IMG/VR virus record: IMGVR_UViG_3300014913_000003
Location: 1 to 39,592 of that record
Source: a virus
DNA: 39,592 bases
Strand: one strand, 5' to 3'
This document shows positions 9,844 through 19,841 of the stretch, in pieces; within the stretch, counting starts at the first letter, position 1, and each line of letters opens with the position of its first letter. Position numbers and translations under genes: made by a program. The notes beneath the pieces were generated by a model. The model did no database searches and was not told where the DNA came from. It worked only from the letters and a program-made list of their open reading frames with translations.

Positions 9844-12800
9844 ATGGCAGACTTAAACGATTTCAAAATCCGGCGAAAAGCGTTTGATATGTTTGACTCA
9901 ATAAATCCTTTCTCAACAAAGGATGAGGACGAAGAGAAAAAGCGCGCAAGAGAAGAGCGTTGGGTAAAAGAACGCTCTGACAAAAAGCTTACAGAATTCC
10001 GTACAAACAAAAAAGCGGAAGAATTTTCAGCAAAACAGTATTCACAGGTGGACAACCCGCAAATGATTAAGGGATTCGCATCTGACTATCAAGACGTTAA
10101 AAAGAGGTACGGAGAGGGGGCTGCGAAAGAGTTGGAGGAAGGCGCTGTCGCCGAGTTTGGAACATACGGCAATCATTCTTCCGCTTGGAACAAGTCAAAA
10201 AAAGACATTGAATCAAAATATAAGAAAAAAAATTGGGCCGAAAATTTGGCAGAGGGGGCTTTTACGGCTATTGACGAAGAGGTGGACAAATATAAGAAGC
10301 TAAAAAAAGAACAAGGCGCGGTAGGCGGGACTGTCACAGAGCTAAAGGGGCTACAAGAGGCTCTTGTGAAAGGAGGGCTTCGTGGCGCGTTTTGGGCAGG
10401 TACAACTTCTGGGGAAGTAATGTCAAAGGGAATCGCACAGGCGGCAAGGGGTTTAGACGGAAAGGGGGAAAGTGCAATTAGCAAATATTTTCAGGGAATA
10501 GATGATGATTTTGATACATGGCAAGAAATGGTTTTGAGCCCAGAGAAGTTTAACCCAAATATGCCAGTAAAAAACGCTCTTTCGAGAGATGAAGATATTG
10601 CGTTTGCGGGGGTGGCAGAAACTGTCGGAGAAACAATGATTCCTTACGCAAAGGCAGAGGCGCTTACTATTCGGGCAATGGGGGCAACTGCGAAAAAATT
10701 CCCACTTGTCTCTAGGTTGTTCGCGGCAGCAACGTCAAGCGTTGGGGTTTCTGCGTTAAAAGCGGGGGGAGCAAATGCCACAACAGAAGAGGCAAAGGAG
10801 ATGATGCTCATGGACGTGCTTATGGCACCAGCCGCCATGATTGGGGTAAGGGGCGCAGCACGCGGGGCCACCGCAGCCGCAGAGGGGGCAGAGGCGCTGT
10901 CAACAGCGGCAAGGGGGGAAATTATTGAGGCGGCAGAAAAGACCCTTTCTTCTGGAAGAAAGATAAAGAATGATTTTATTGACGAAGCCTTGGCAGAGCA
11001 GGGGGTTTATACGAACCGATATGCCGCCCGGAAAATGGGTGGGGGTGGAGATGACTTTCTAAGAGAGGGACAAGAGAAAACTCTCGACGACTTGGTAGAT
11101 GCACGAATAAAAATGGCAGAATCTGGTGATGATGCGGGGGTACAGAGACTGAACCGAGAAATCGCAGAAATGCAATCTGCGAAAAAAGGAAAAATAGATG
11201 ACGACGTTTTAGAAAGCGCGGAAATGGAAAGGCGCGCAGACGATTTTGCAATGGAAGAAGATGGGATTGTCCCTCCAAAGCCAGAGCCGGAAATAAAACC
11301 AGAGCCAACTGCGAAGCCTGTTTCCGGGGAGCCGCCTGTGACAAAACCAGAAAAGAGATACTTGCCAGAGGTCGAGAAGGCCCCGGAGCCGGAGTTCCAC
11401 CCGCCAGCAAGGGATATTACAATTCAAAAGCCGGGGGACAGCTATGCGGCGCAACAGCTAAACAAGCTACAAAAAAAGGAACTTTTCACAAAGTTTCAAG
11501 AAAAATTTGAGAATTCTTTTGTGCGAGTAAAAAATCTTATGGAAGAAAAGGGGATGAAATGGGACGACGCAAGTAATCCTGTGTTGGCTGAAAATAACTA
11601 TCACGGGAGGGCTGGGGCAAGAATGGAAGTATTAGAAGATTCTGTCCGTGGGATTCAAACAGACATACAAAAATCTGCAAAGAATTTAAAGATGGACGCG
11701 GATGGGATGAGAAAAAATATTGACGACTTTTTGCACGCAAGAGATGCGGTAGAGAGGAATAAGAGACTGGGAGAGGGTGCGGCAGGAATAACAACAGAAG
11801 AGGCAGAAACAATCCTAAAAAACACAACTAACCCAGAAATAAAAAGAATCGCAGAAGATATTCAAAAAATGGACGATGAGGTTTTAGACATTCTTTTGGA
11901 CGGACAACTTATTGACCAAAAGCAATACGATGCAATCCGAGCCTCTCAGGACTATCATGTGCCATTAAACCGGGTTATGGAAGATGCAGACAACTCTGGC
12001 TTTGTGAATGATTTTATTGGGGTAAGCGGTCGGGGGGTTGAATCTAGCGGGCTCAAGGGGGCGAAGGGGAGCAAGCGAGAGGTTGAAAGCATTTTTGAAA
12101 ATATAACAACAAACTATAAACAGGCGATAGAGCGGGCAGAAAAAAACCGTGTAAACTTGGCAACGCTTAATTTTGTTAGAAAAAACAATTATTTAGACGG
12201 AGCCTTTGAGGTCGTAAAAGGAAAACCGGTTGGCACTCGTTTCGATGGGAGTGTTATGGTGGAACAGCCCAAGGGAAAAAACATTGTTCCAATTATGGAG
12301 GATGGGAAAACGGTATATTTGAACGTAAAAGATGAAAAAGTTGCCGCTGCTCTAAATGGGACAAATATGGAACACCTTCCCGCGTGGCTAAGTTTTGTTG
12401 GGCATTATTCAAACTTCCTTTCTTCTATGGCGACAAGGTTTTCATTGCCATTTCAGGCGACAAATAAAATACGAGACTTGTGGGACGTTTCAGTCAACAT
12501 GTCTTCAATTCTTGGAAAGGGCGGGGGGGCAAAGGCGCTCGCAAATGAGCGAGGCTCAATGAAGGGGGTTATTGATTCTATGCGAGGAAAAGACACAGAA
12601 TGGGCAAGGCTATATAAGCAGATGCAAGCAGATGGGGGGACGACCGGGGGGCTTGCGGCTTCTACGAAAACAAAGGCAAAGGCTGATTTCCAACAAATCA
12701 TAAAAGAGGTAAAGGGGGGGAAAGCCGGGGCGCAATATAAGTTTGTGAAAGCAATTGACAATTGGGGCTCAATATTTGAAGACAGCACGCGGCTTTCTGC

Positions 12801-14172
12801 GTACAAAGCGGCGCTGGACAGCGGGCTTTCTCGTGAACAGGCTGCGTATGCGTCAAAAAATTCAACTGTAAATTTTAACAAAAAAGGGACACATGCACCA
12901 ATCTTTAATGCGTTTTATATGTTCTCAAAGGCTTCTATCGCAGGTAGCGCAAGAACAATAAAGAGTTTGCGTAACCCGAGAGTGGCGGCGCAGACAACGG
13001 CTGTAATTGGGACTGGCGTATGGGCTGCAAACAGAATGAACGAAGCGATAGACCCTGATTGGAAAGAGAAGGTTGCTCCATATGACCTACAAAGTGGGTT
13101 TGTAATTGTTCTTCCGAGTGGTTCTGAGCTTGGTAAAGAGGCAGAGGGCGGGGATTTTAACTACTTAACAATTCCGATTTCTTGGGGGCTTAAGCCGATT
13201 AAGATAGCGGCAGATGCGGCATATGACATTAAGAATGGGGAGGGCGAATCGTTCGCAAAAAACGCGGAAAAACTAATCGGTTCCGTGGTGGACTCATACA
13301 ATCCTGCTGGTGGGACAGATTGGGCGCAAATGATAATGCCAACAATAGCAGATATGCCGATGTCAATATATTCAAACAAGGCATGGCACGGAGGAATGAT
13401 TAAGCCTACATGGAAAGAGGGGTTGCCGGGGAAAGAGCAAATGTTTGATTCAACAGCAGAGGGGAAAACCCTGAAAGACCGGGCTGCGGTTAAGGCCGCC
13501 GACCTACTAAGTAAGGTCGAGGTTGACGCATCGCCGGAAAGCATTAAATATTTCTTTGACCAGATGGTTGGAGGTGCGGGGAGAGAGGTCGGGAGACTTG
13601 CCACAACCGCAGAGGCTGTCGTGAAGGGGGAGACAAAAGACCTAGACCCCAAAGATGTCCCATTTCTGAGCCGGTTCTTAAAAACAAAGACATCCGAAAA
13701 ACAGGAAAAAGCAATCAAAAGAAAGCACGAGGACTTGATTCGAGATGAGATGAAGAGCACAGACGATATTGAGAAGAGAAAAGATATTATGCGGGACGAG
13801 ATTGCGATGATGAATACAGACGATGCGAAACATCTTATAAACAGATTCCGTCTTGATGGGTATGACATAAAGGGCGTAAAAACCTCAGAAAACCCAAGAA
13901 AACCGAAGGCGAAAGTGGACAAGGTTGCGGGGACGGTGACGATGCCAACAGAGTCTGATTGGTATGGATACTTTAGAAGCAAAAAGTTTGGATTCTCAAA
14001 AGAAGAAGCCAAATCTATGTCTGAACGCGCCGTCGGAACCAAAAAGAAAACGAAGGAAGATGACGAATATGCGGGGATGTCTCAAAAAGAACGACACGAT
14101 TATTCTATGCGAAGACTTGAAACATTCCGAAGGCTTGCAGAATTTCGAGACAAAAAAAAGCGGAATCAATAA
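9844..14172 (+). CDS. Giant virion protein (1442 aa); internal/ejection (polyvalent) protein or tape-measure-like
   Basis: Largest ORF. Ala/Gly-rich hydrophobic segments near residues 250-370. The segment FEDSTRLSAYKAALDSGLSREQAAYASKNSTVNFNKKG is reminiscent of LPD-type domains of phage polyvalent proteins (memory-based, unverified). Confidence 0.55.
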   Translation: MADLNDFKIRRKAFDMFDSINPFSTKDEDEEKKRAREERWVKERSDKKLTEFRTNKKAEEFSAKQYSQVDNPQMIKGFASDYQDVKKRYGEGAAKELEEGAVAEFGTYGNHSSAWNKSKKDIESKYKKKNWAENLAEGAFTAIDEEVDKYKKLKKEQGAVGGTVTELKGLQEALVKGGLRGAFWAGTTSGEVMSKGIAQAARGLDGKGESAISKYFQGIDDDFDTWQEMVLSPEKFNPNMPVKNALSRDEDIAFAGVAETVGETMIPYAKAEALTIRAMGATAKKFPLVSRLFAAATSSVGVSALKAGGANATTEEAKEMMLMDVLMAPAAMIGVRGAARGATAAAEGAEALSTAARGEIIEAAEKTLSSGRKIKNDFIDEALAEQGVYTNRYAARKMGGGGDDFLREGQEKTLDDLVDARIKMAESGDDAGVQRLNREIAEMQSAKKGKIDDDVLESAEMERRADDFAMEEDGIVPPKPEPEIKPEPTAKPVSGEPPVTKPEKRYLPEVEKAPEPEFHPPARDITIQKPGDSYAAQQLNKLQKKELFTKFQEKFENSFVRVKNLMEEKGMKWDDASNPVLAENNYHGRAGARMEVLEDSVRGIQTDIQKSAKNLKMDADGMRKNIDDFLHARDAVERNKRLGEGAAGITTEEAETILKNTTNPEIKRIAEDIQKMDDEVLDILLDGQLIDQKQYDAIRASQDYHVPLNRVMEDADNSGFVNDFIGVSGRGVESSGLKGAKGSKREVESIFENITTNYKQAIERAEKNRVNLATLNFVRKNNYLDGAFEVVKGKPVGTRFDGSVMVEQPKGKNIVPIMEDGKTVYLNVKDEKVAAALNGTNMEHLPAWLSFVGHYSNFLSSMATRFSLPFQATNKIRDLWDVSVNMSSILGKGGGAKALANERGSMKGVIDSMRGKDTEWARLYKQMQADGGTTGGLAASTKTKAKADFQQIIKEVKGGKAGAQYKFVKAIDNWGSIFEDSTRLSAYKAALDSGLSREQAAYASKNSTVNFNKKGTHAPIFNAFYMFSKASIAGSARTIKSLRNPRVAAQTTAVIGTGVWAANRMNEAIDPDWKEKVAPYDLQSGFVIVLPSGSELGKEAEGGDFNYLTIPISWGLKPIKIAADAAYDIKNGEGESFAKNAEKLIGSVVDSYNPAGGTDWAQMIMPTIADMPMSIYSNKAWHGGMIKPTWKEGLPGKEQMFDSTAEGKTLKDRAAVKAADLLSKVEVDASPESIKYFFDQMVGGAGREVGRLATTAEAVVKGETKDLDPKDVPFLSRFLKTKTSEKQEKAIKRKHEDLIRDEMKSTDDIEKRKDIMRDEIAMMNTDDAKHLINRFRLDGYDIKGVKTSENPRKPKAKVDKVAGTVTMPTESDWYGYFRSKKFGFSKEEAKSMSERAVGTKKKTKEDDEYAGMSQKERHDYSMRRLETFRRLAEFRDKKKRNQ

Positions 14173-14183
14173 TCCCTATTTAA

Positions 14184-14840
14184 ATGCGATTAGCGGCCAA
14201 AAACATCCCGGTTAGTGAATACATACCAACCTGTGCCAGAAAAGAGCACAGGGGGGAGGTTTTGCGCCTAATTGACCAAACTGAGTTCGACGATGGGAAC
14301 AACGGAGGGTGCCAAACGGCGGCCCTCGTGTGCGCCATAGAAAAAAAGTTCCGGGAAGAAATACCGTATAGTGAGATGGGGCGGTTTTATTCGCTTGGCG
14401 ACAAGGTGTATAATGGGAGGATTGAGAAGGTCGAGAGGGTTATGAGGTGGTGCGCCTCTCATGGAATAAATATGCCGGGGATTGGGAAAATAAAGGCGAC
14501 AGACATTAAAAGTATCCCCACAAAAGATGTGACGTTTGAAATCCTTGAAGACGCTTGGAAGGAGTATGACTGTGTTATTGTTGGGATTGCAGGGCGCAGC
14601 GAGTTCTTTTCTCCGAGTACGGGAAAACAGTTCGCGGTATATAAGCTTCCGGCTACGGCTGGACACGCGATGCTCTTGGCAGAGCTGGACGAGGGGCGAT
14701 TTGGCCCGCAGTTTGATATTCCAAACACTTGGGGGAAAAAATGGGGAGATGCGGGGTGGGCATATATGGAAAAGAGGAGGTTTGAAAAAATGAGATTTTG
14801 GCAAATTAACTGTTGTAACTTTGAAATAGATGAGAAATAA
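14184..14840 (+). CDS. Papain-like (C1-type) cysteine peptidase (218 aa), possible lysis peptidase
   Basis: GGCQTAAL (Cys), AGHAMLLAE (His) and NTWGKKWGDAGWAYM (compare NSWG..WG..GY of the papain family). Confidence 0.6.
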   Translation: MRLAAKNIPVSEYIPTCARKEHRGEVLRLIDQTEFDDGNNGGCQTAALVCAIEKKFREEIPYSEMGRFYSLGDKVYNGRIEKVERVMRWCASHGINMPGIGKIKATDIKSIPTKDVTFEILEDAWKEYDCVIVGIAGRSEFFSPSTGKQFAVYKLPATAGHAMLLAELDEGRFGPQFDIPNTWGKKWGDAGWAYMEKRRFEKMRFWQINCCNFEIDEK

Positions 14841-15342
14841 AAAAATCATGCCGTTTCGGATGGAGAAAAATGGGAAATGGGCCGAGCGCGGTATTCGGAG
14901 GGTGGTTCTTCATCACACAGCGGGCAAGCTCGGAAACAAAAGTCGAGCTGCTTCTGAAAAAATCCTGAAAGAAATCGACGCATATCATAAATCAAAAGAT
15001 TGGGGGGCGGGCGCGAAAGCTCCGGGGATTGCGTATCACTTCGCAATGGACCTCCTCGGGAATGTGTGGCTGCTGAATCATCCCAAACACAGAACGTGGC
15101 ACGCGGGGGTGGCAAACGATGACAGCATTGGGGTTGTCATTCTTGGGAATTTCCAAGACCACATACCAAGTCGCGCAGAGGTAATGACATTAAAGAAATC
15201 GTTAGACCGTGTGTACAATTGGATTTTTTGGAGATATTTTATTCCCCGAAAAAATTGGCTTGCACATAGGGACGTAGCGAAGACGGAGTGTTGCGGAGAT
15301 TATTTATACTTCATGCTTCACGACTGGAAAAACCGCAAATAA
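14830..15342 (+). CDS. N-acetylmuramoyl-L-alanine amidase (Amidase_2/PGRP, T7-lysozyme-like) endolysin
   Basis: VVLHHTAG, IAYHFAMDLLGNVWLLNHPKHRTWHAG, IGVVILGNF and AHRDVAKTECCG (Zn ligands H, H, C). Alternative start at ATG 14848. Confidence 0.85.
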   Translation: MRNKKIMPFRMEKNGKWAERGIRRVVLHHTAGKLGNKSRAASEKILKEIDAYHKSKDWGAGAKAPGIAYHFAMDLLGNVWLLNHPKHRTWHAGVANDDSIGVVILGNFQDHIPSRAEVMTLKKSLDRVYNWIFWRYFIPRKNWLAHRDVAKTECCGDYLYFMLHDWKNRK

Positions 15343-15373
15343 CCGCTTTTTTATTTATTTACATTTTATAAAA

Positions 15374-17185
15374 ATGGCAACAGACACTCACGATGGCGTA
15401 GAAAGAACAGACGGAGAGATGCACGTTATGCTTGTGGCAGATAACGAGCCCGTGGGGGTGCAAAACCCGCTGCACACAAACGGAGACAGCGTATATGCGA
15501 AAGACTTGTGCATAGAACAGTGCTCTGCGGTGGGGTTTACGTTCGATGTGGGCTCTGGGACAGAAGAAGAGGTGATTAAGAGCTTGGTTTCTAGCGTATT
15601 TGTCGGTAAGTCTAACGACTCCTCTGACAATCCAAAAACAATATACTTGCAATTCAACCGTCCGGTGCTCACCTCTTCTTTTGGAATAAACTCCGCGCCG
15701 GGGAAATTTTTTAGTAACACAAAAATTGTGCTCGGGCAGGGAGATTTTGAGTGGACGGCCTTTGATGGTTCGGCAGACAACACACAGAGACAAATCTACC
15801 TTTTCCCAATAGAGCCCCTAAAGTTTAGTTCTATGAAAATAACTTTTCATACGACAAACGAGATAGGGCTCGGGCTAATTGGGATATTCAAAAACCAAGA
15901 AGTGGCAGCCAGAATACAGGCGATGAAACCCGGGGGTGAGGTGACGGATGTTGGGGCAACAAATAACGACAACTTGAAAGTGAGCGTACAAGAGTATGGG
16001 GACACTCCTTCAATTGATGCTTTCGACAGGCTTCGTGTGTCCAATCCGTTCACCTTGTTCGACAGCAAGCAGTTATATGACAAGCAGCCACTATTTTGGG
16101 ATGAGGCGCTCGGTGGTTCGGCGACAAGCACGCACTCTACCATAAATGCCGCCGCGCGCATGACGGTTACGGCAGATGAAGAGGACTTTGTAATAAGACA
16201 AACGAAACAGCGCTTTAATTATCAGCCGGGGAAGTCTCAGTTGGTTCTCGCTACTTTTTATGCCCCACAAACAGAGGGACTAACTAAGCGGGTCGGGCTA
16301 TTTGATGGAACCGGCGCAGACAATCTCACCCCAAACAATGGTATATTTTTTGAATGCAACGGAGACAAGAGTTGGAACATAGCAAAAAATGGGGCAACAC
16401 CAGAAAGCGTTTCTCAGGAAAGCTGGAATGTGGACAAACTCGACGGAACAGGAAAAAGTGGGATAGAGCTCGACATGGACGCGACGCAAATTCTTGTAAT
16501 AGACTATGAATGGCTTGGTGTCGGGCGAGTTCGTGTTGGATTCGTTATAGATGGGCTAATTTATTATGCACACTATTTCAATCATGCAAACGACCCAGCC
16601 TTTGATAGCGTGTATATGTCTACTCCGAACTTGCCACTTAGATATTCAATAGAAACCGACGGAACGAGCGGTGGGGCGTTAGACCACATATGCAGCTCTG
16701 TAATGAGCGAGGGGGGACTTGAAAAAACAGGCGTGTTACGAGTTGCGGACACCGGAAGTACACACATAGATGCGAGCGTGGCGAATACGACATACGCGGT
16801 TGTGGGAATAAGGCTAAAAACAACTCATGTTGGGGTTACTGTCATTCCAGAGTCTATGAGTATGATTAACGAGGCGAATGACGACTTTCGATGGGCGCTC
16901 CACCTAAACCCGACCATTGCTGGCACGTTCACATATTCAGACCTTTTAAATAGCGCCTTACAGACAGCCGCAGGGGCAACTGCTAATACAATAAGCGACG
17001 AAGGAATTGTTATAGCGAGTGGTTATGCCTCAATAGATACATTGTCCGCAAATGCACAACTAAACACGGCTCTCAAGATAGCGAGCAAAATAGACGGAAC
17101 GGTAGACGAGTTGGTCTTGAGTTGTACGCCCCTAAGCACCGGAGCGGACATACAGGCAAGTCTCGGGTTCCGGGAATTATTATAG
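15374..17185 (+). CDS. Hypothetical structural protein (603 aa), beta-sandwich/lectin-like; tail spike/fibre candidate
   Basis: Last large ORF of the late operon. Segment NGIFFE...WNVDKLDGTGKSGIELDMDATQILVIDYEWLGVGRVRVGF...HYFNHAN looks like a conserved jelly-roll-type module, but I cannot name the family. Confidence 0.5.
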   Translation: MATDTHDGVERTDGEMHVMLVADNEPVGVQNPLHTNGDSVYAKDLCIEQCSAVGFTFDVGSGTEEEVIKSLVSSVFVGKSNDSSDNPKTIYLQFNRPVLTSSFGINSAPGKFFSNTKIVLGQGDFEWTAFDGSADNTQRQIYLFPIEPLKFSSMKITFHTTNEIGLGLIGIFKNQEVAARIQAMKPGGEVTDVGATNNDNLKVSVQEYGDTPSIDAFDRLRVSNPFTLFDSKQLYDKQPLFWDEALGGSATSTHSTINAAARMTVTADEEDFVIRQTKQRFNYQPGKSQLVLATFYAPQTEGLTKRVGLFDGTGADNLTPNNGIFFECNGDKSWNIAKNGATPESVSQESWNVDKLDGTGKSGIELDMDATQILVIDYEWLGVGRVRVGFVIDGLIYYAHYFNHANDPAFDSVYMSTPNLPLRYSIETDGTSGGALDHICSSVMSEGGLEKTGVLRVADTGSTHIDASVANTTYAVVGIRLKTTHVGVTVIPESMSMINEANDDFRWALHLNPTIAGTFTYSDLLNSALQTAAGATANTISDEGIVIASGYASIDTLSANAQLNTALKIASKIDGTVDELVLSCTPLSTGADIQASLGFRELL

Positions 17186-17210
17186 TCCTTATTTTCTAAC
17201 TTTATATAAA

Positions 17211-17435
17211 ATGGGAAAAATTGAAACATGGAGCGACAAACTGCTTCGTCACGCGATTAGCTTCGGAATAACATTTCTGTCAGCGGGGATTGCCGTGTTT
17301 GCTATTACGGCAGATGCTGCTCTTGCTAACGGAGAATCTATTTCCGCAGCACTATTAATGACCTCTGGTGCGGCTGGTGTGGTCGCAGGGGTTCGAGCGG
17401 TTCTAAAGATACTAAAAGAAATAACAATTTCTTGA
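17211..17435 (+). CDS. Small membrane protein with 2 predicted TM helices (74 aa)
   Basis: Hydrophobic segments ISFGITFLSAGIAVFAI and AALLMTSGAAGVVAGV. Confidence 0.5.
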   Translation: MGKIETWSDKLLRHAISFGITFLSAGIAVFAITADAALANGESISAALLMTSGAAGVVAGVRAVLKILKEITIS

Positions 17436-17505
17436 CTTTAGAAATGGTTTCTGCTACATTGCGGATGCCGAGTTTGTGTAAAACTCATTGCAAAAAAAGA
17501 CAGAG

Positions 17506-17533
17506 AACCCTCATTGCCGTGAGGGTTTTTTGT
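17506..17533 (+). terminator. Rho-independent terminator closing the late operon
   Basis: AACCCTCA / TGAGGGTT 8-bp stem, 6-nt loop, followed by TTTTTGT. Confidence 0.8.
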
Positions 17534-17679
17534 TAGCACCACAAAACACAGAGGAGCGTAATTACAATTGCGATTCCCCCCACTACATATAAAACGTCTT
17601 TCATACACAGAATGCTACCCTCGAACACAACGTCGTGGCAACTCTTTTCGTGACAAAAAGAATAATCTCGTATTTCCAT

Positions 17680-17708
17680 TTGACTTTCTTTTACATCTAA
17701 TGTATGAT
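17680..17708 (+). promoter_or_regulatory. Sigma70-like promoter (early operon)
   Basis: TTGACT, 17-nt spacer, TATGAT; lies 34 nt upstream of ATG 17742. Confidence 0.6.
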
Positions 17709-17741
17709 GTTTTCAGGTTTTTACATTTTAACTTTTTCAAC

Positions 17742-18509
17742 ATGACGGAAGTGCAGCTTTCGGAAACGAAGACGAGAATGGTTGACATCCCGGGGGCGGT
17801 GATGAATCAACGGCTCGTGTTGGCAGACAAGCTATTCAAGGCGAAATGCTTTGGGAGTGATGTTAAGAACGCAGAGCAAGCGTTTGTGAAGATTATGGCG
17901 GGGGCAGAAATGGGGATGGGTGCGATGGAGTCGATGAACTCGCTTTATATTGTGAATGGAAAAATCACGATTTGGGGGTCAGCATTGTCTCGAAAAATAA
18001 AAGAGGCGGGATGGAAAATTACATACGAAGAGGAGGGGGTAGAGAGCTGTAAGGCGACAATCAAAAAAGGGGATGATGTGTATTCATATGAAGCCACAAA
18101 AGCAGACATGATTGCTCTAAACTCACAAGCATACAAAAAGTCTCCAAAGGACAAATTAAAATGGCACGCTCTTTCTCGATTGGTTCGTTTCTACGTTCCA
18201 GAAATTATGGGAGGAAGTGTAAGCTACACACAGGAAGAATACGAAGATGTGAAGCCGCGGAAGAAAATGGTGGTAGAAGAATCAAAACCAGAAAAGAAAA
18301 TTCCCACAGCGGAAGAATTAATCAAGGGGCTGCAAAAAGCATCAAAAGAAACATTGGAAAAAACACGGCACGACCTTCCGAAATTCATGGATAATTATGA
18401 GACAGAAGAGTTGGACGCTATTTCAGATGCGATTAAGGAGCGAGAAGCGATGTTGTCTGCACCAGAAGCAGAATTACCATTAACCGCAAAAGAAAATGAC
18501 TCAAACTAA
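17742..18509 (+). CDS. Single-strand annealing protein, RecT-like (255 aa)
   Basis: AFVKIMAGAEMGMGAMESMNSLYIVNGKITIWGSALSRKIKEAGW resembles the RecT-family core; paired with a downstream PD-(D/E)XK exonuclease. The TTG-17568 extension was rejected because the promoter lies inside it. Confidence 0.5.
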   Translation: MTEVQLSETKTRMVDIPGAVMNQRLVLADKLFKAKCFGSDVKNAEQAFVKIMAGAEMGMGAMESMNSLYIVNGKITIWGSALSRKIKEAGWKITYEEEGVESCKATIKKGDDVYSYEATKADMIALNSQAYKKSPKDKLKWHALSRLVRFYVPEIMGGSVSYTQEEYEDVKPRKKMVVEESKPEKKIPTAEELIKGLQKASKETLEKTRHDLPKFMDNYETEELDAISDAIKEREAMLSAPEAELPLTAKENDSN

Positions 18510-19551
18510 AGATGATTACGTCGAGCGGAATAAGAATTTTCTGACTTTTCATAAGTTTTTGGACTTCAAGAAAGCACCGATGTTTTACAAATTGCGGTAT
18601 ATAGACCGAGTTCTTCCACCGCTTTCAAATGACGCATTGACATTCGGGAGCGCGTTCGATGAATTCTTGCACGACGAATCTGTGCTTGAAAGTAAATATC
18701 GGGTTGTAGGTTCTCGTGGGGTTGCGGTTCGTAGCCGTAAAACAAAAATTGAAACGGCGGGAAAAAAGATAGAAATCGAAAACGAAAAAATCAAAGAGCT
18801 TCCTGAAATCGAAGACACAGAAGAAAATAAGAAAGAATTTACGAAGGTGGACAAAAAACGAGACAAGTCTTTGGAAAAAATCAAAGAACTAAAGATTGAT
18901 ATAGATGTTTTGAAAGGAGAATTAGCTGCTATGGAAGGAACGGTGGAACTTACTGAAAACATGGGAGAGGCTATGACATCTTGTCTGAAAGAGCTAAAAC
19001 GACAGCCTCTATACCGTCGTTTCCCAAAGGCACGAATTGAATGGGAATATCGAGGGCATAAAATCCGGGGGGAATTAGATGGACTAAATCTTACAGATAC
19101 AGAAATAAATGGCGAAACGTATCAAGGTCTTATGGTAGACGACAAGACTTGCGGCTCAGTAGACCTCCTTATGCGATATTTGGAGCAATACAAGGCACAA
19201 GGACGTTGGTATGGTTGGGGACTTAAAAACGCTAAAAAGCTGTCATTCTGGGACGAGAAAAAGGGAGAATGGGTTGCTGATGAGGAAGCACTTGAATATG
19301 TGCAGGGAGAAAATTTCCCATTTCAAATCAACGCGGTCACAAAAGAGCTTCCATTTCCACGGTCACTATTCCTATTTTCATCTCCTGACGAGCTTGAATT
19401 CGGTCTTGATGAGATGTTGGCAGAGCTAGATGTCATGATTGACACAATTGAGCGAGATATTTTCCCGGTTGCGCCACGAGACATTTGGATGCAAACGGAT
19501 GGTTACGGTCATACAGATTATGACTTTCAAGATTCTTTAATGTTATTTTAA
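18496..19551 (+). CDS. PD-(D/E)XK exonuclease (RecB/Cas4/YqaJ-like) with a coiled-coil insertion (351 aa)
   Basis: LTFGSAFDEFL, IRGELDGL and MVDDKTC (D...D-x-K motif). A Lys/Glu-rich helical insert lies at about residues 85-150. Confidence 0.6.
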   Translation: MTQTKDDYVERNKNFLTFHKFLDFKKAPMFYKLRYIDRVLPPLSNDALTFGSAFDEFLHDESVLESKYRVVGSRGVAVRSRKTKIETAGKKIEIENEKIKELPEIEDTEENKKEFTKVDKKRDKSLEKIKELKIDIDVLKGELAAMEGTVELTENMGEAMTSCLKELKRQPLYRRFPKARIEWEYRGHKIRGELDGLNLTDTEINGETYQGLMVDDKTCGSVDLLMRYLEQYKAQGRWYGWGLKNAKKLSFWDEKKGEWVADEEALEYVQGENFPFQINAVTKELPFPRSLFLFSSPDELEFGLDEMLAELDVMIDTIERDIFPVAPRDIWMQTDGYGHTDYDFQDSLMLF

Positions 19552-19553
19552 AA

Positions 19554-19841
19554 ATGAAGAAATTACACATACTCGGCATCGGCATTTTGGCAATTCCTTT
19601 TGTTATACTGTCTGTATATGGGGCGAGCAAGGGGTACGAAGAGTTGAATTTAATAAGAGTTGAAAACGACTTTAACCATAAAAACAGCGCGGTTTTTGAA
19701 AAAAAGGAAGAAGTTAAGACGGCAATACAAAACGCTCAGGACGCATTTTGCTTTCTCGTAAAGACAAAAAAGGAATATGACCGAGTTATTTCTTCCGAGT
19801 CTCTCGGAAGGTTCGACAAAGAGTGTCTGGGTTTGCAGTAG
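19554..19841 (+). CDS. Hypothetical protein with N-terminal TM/signal segment (95 aa)
   Basis: MKKLHILGIGILAIPFVILSVYG. Confidence 0.5.
   Translation: MKKLHILGIGILAIPFVILSVYGASKGYEELNLIRVENDFNHKNSAVFEKKEEVKTAIQNAQDAFCFLVKTKKEYDRVISSESLGRFDKECLGLQ

Noticed and set aside
13161-14042. Long minus-strand ORFs (for example 13161-14042 at 293 aa, 3171-3785, 7397-7867, 14268-14849, 31839-32309, 37768-38217)
   Set aside because: Each lies antisense to a longer + strand gene with recognisable motifs or operon context. Their products are low-complexity (Ser/Phe/Leu/Pro-rich) and none has its own promoter or terminator context. I treat them as shadow ORFs.
17568-17741. N-terminal extensions offered by the ORF track (17568, 38321, 35845, 28220, 5411, 31882)
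   Set aside because: The extensions cover a promoter (17680), a 23-bp hairpin (38271-38355), the preceding gene (35845, 5411) or the CA-rich leader (28220), or they use TTG/GTG. Internal ATGs give products that start where recognisable homology or hydrophobic signal sequences begin.
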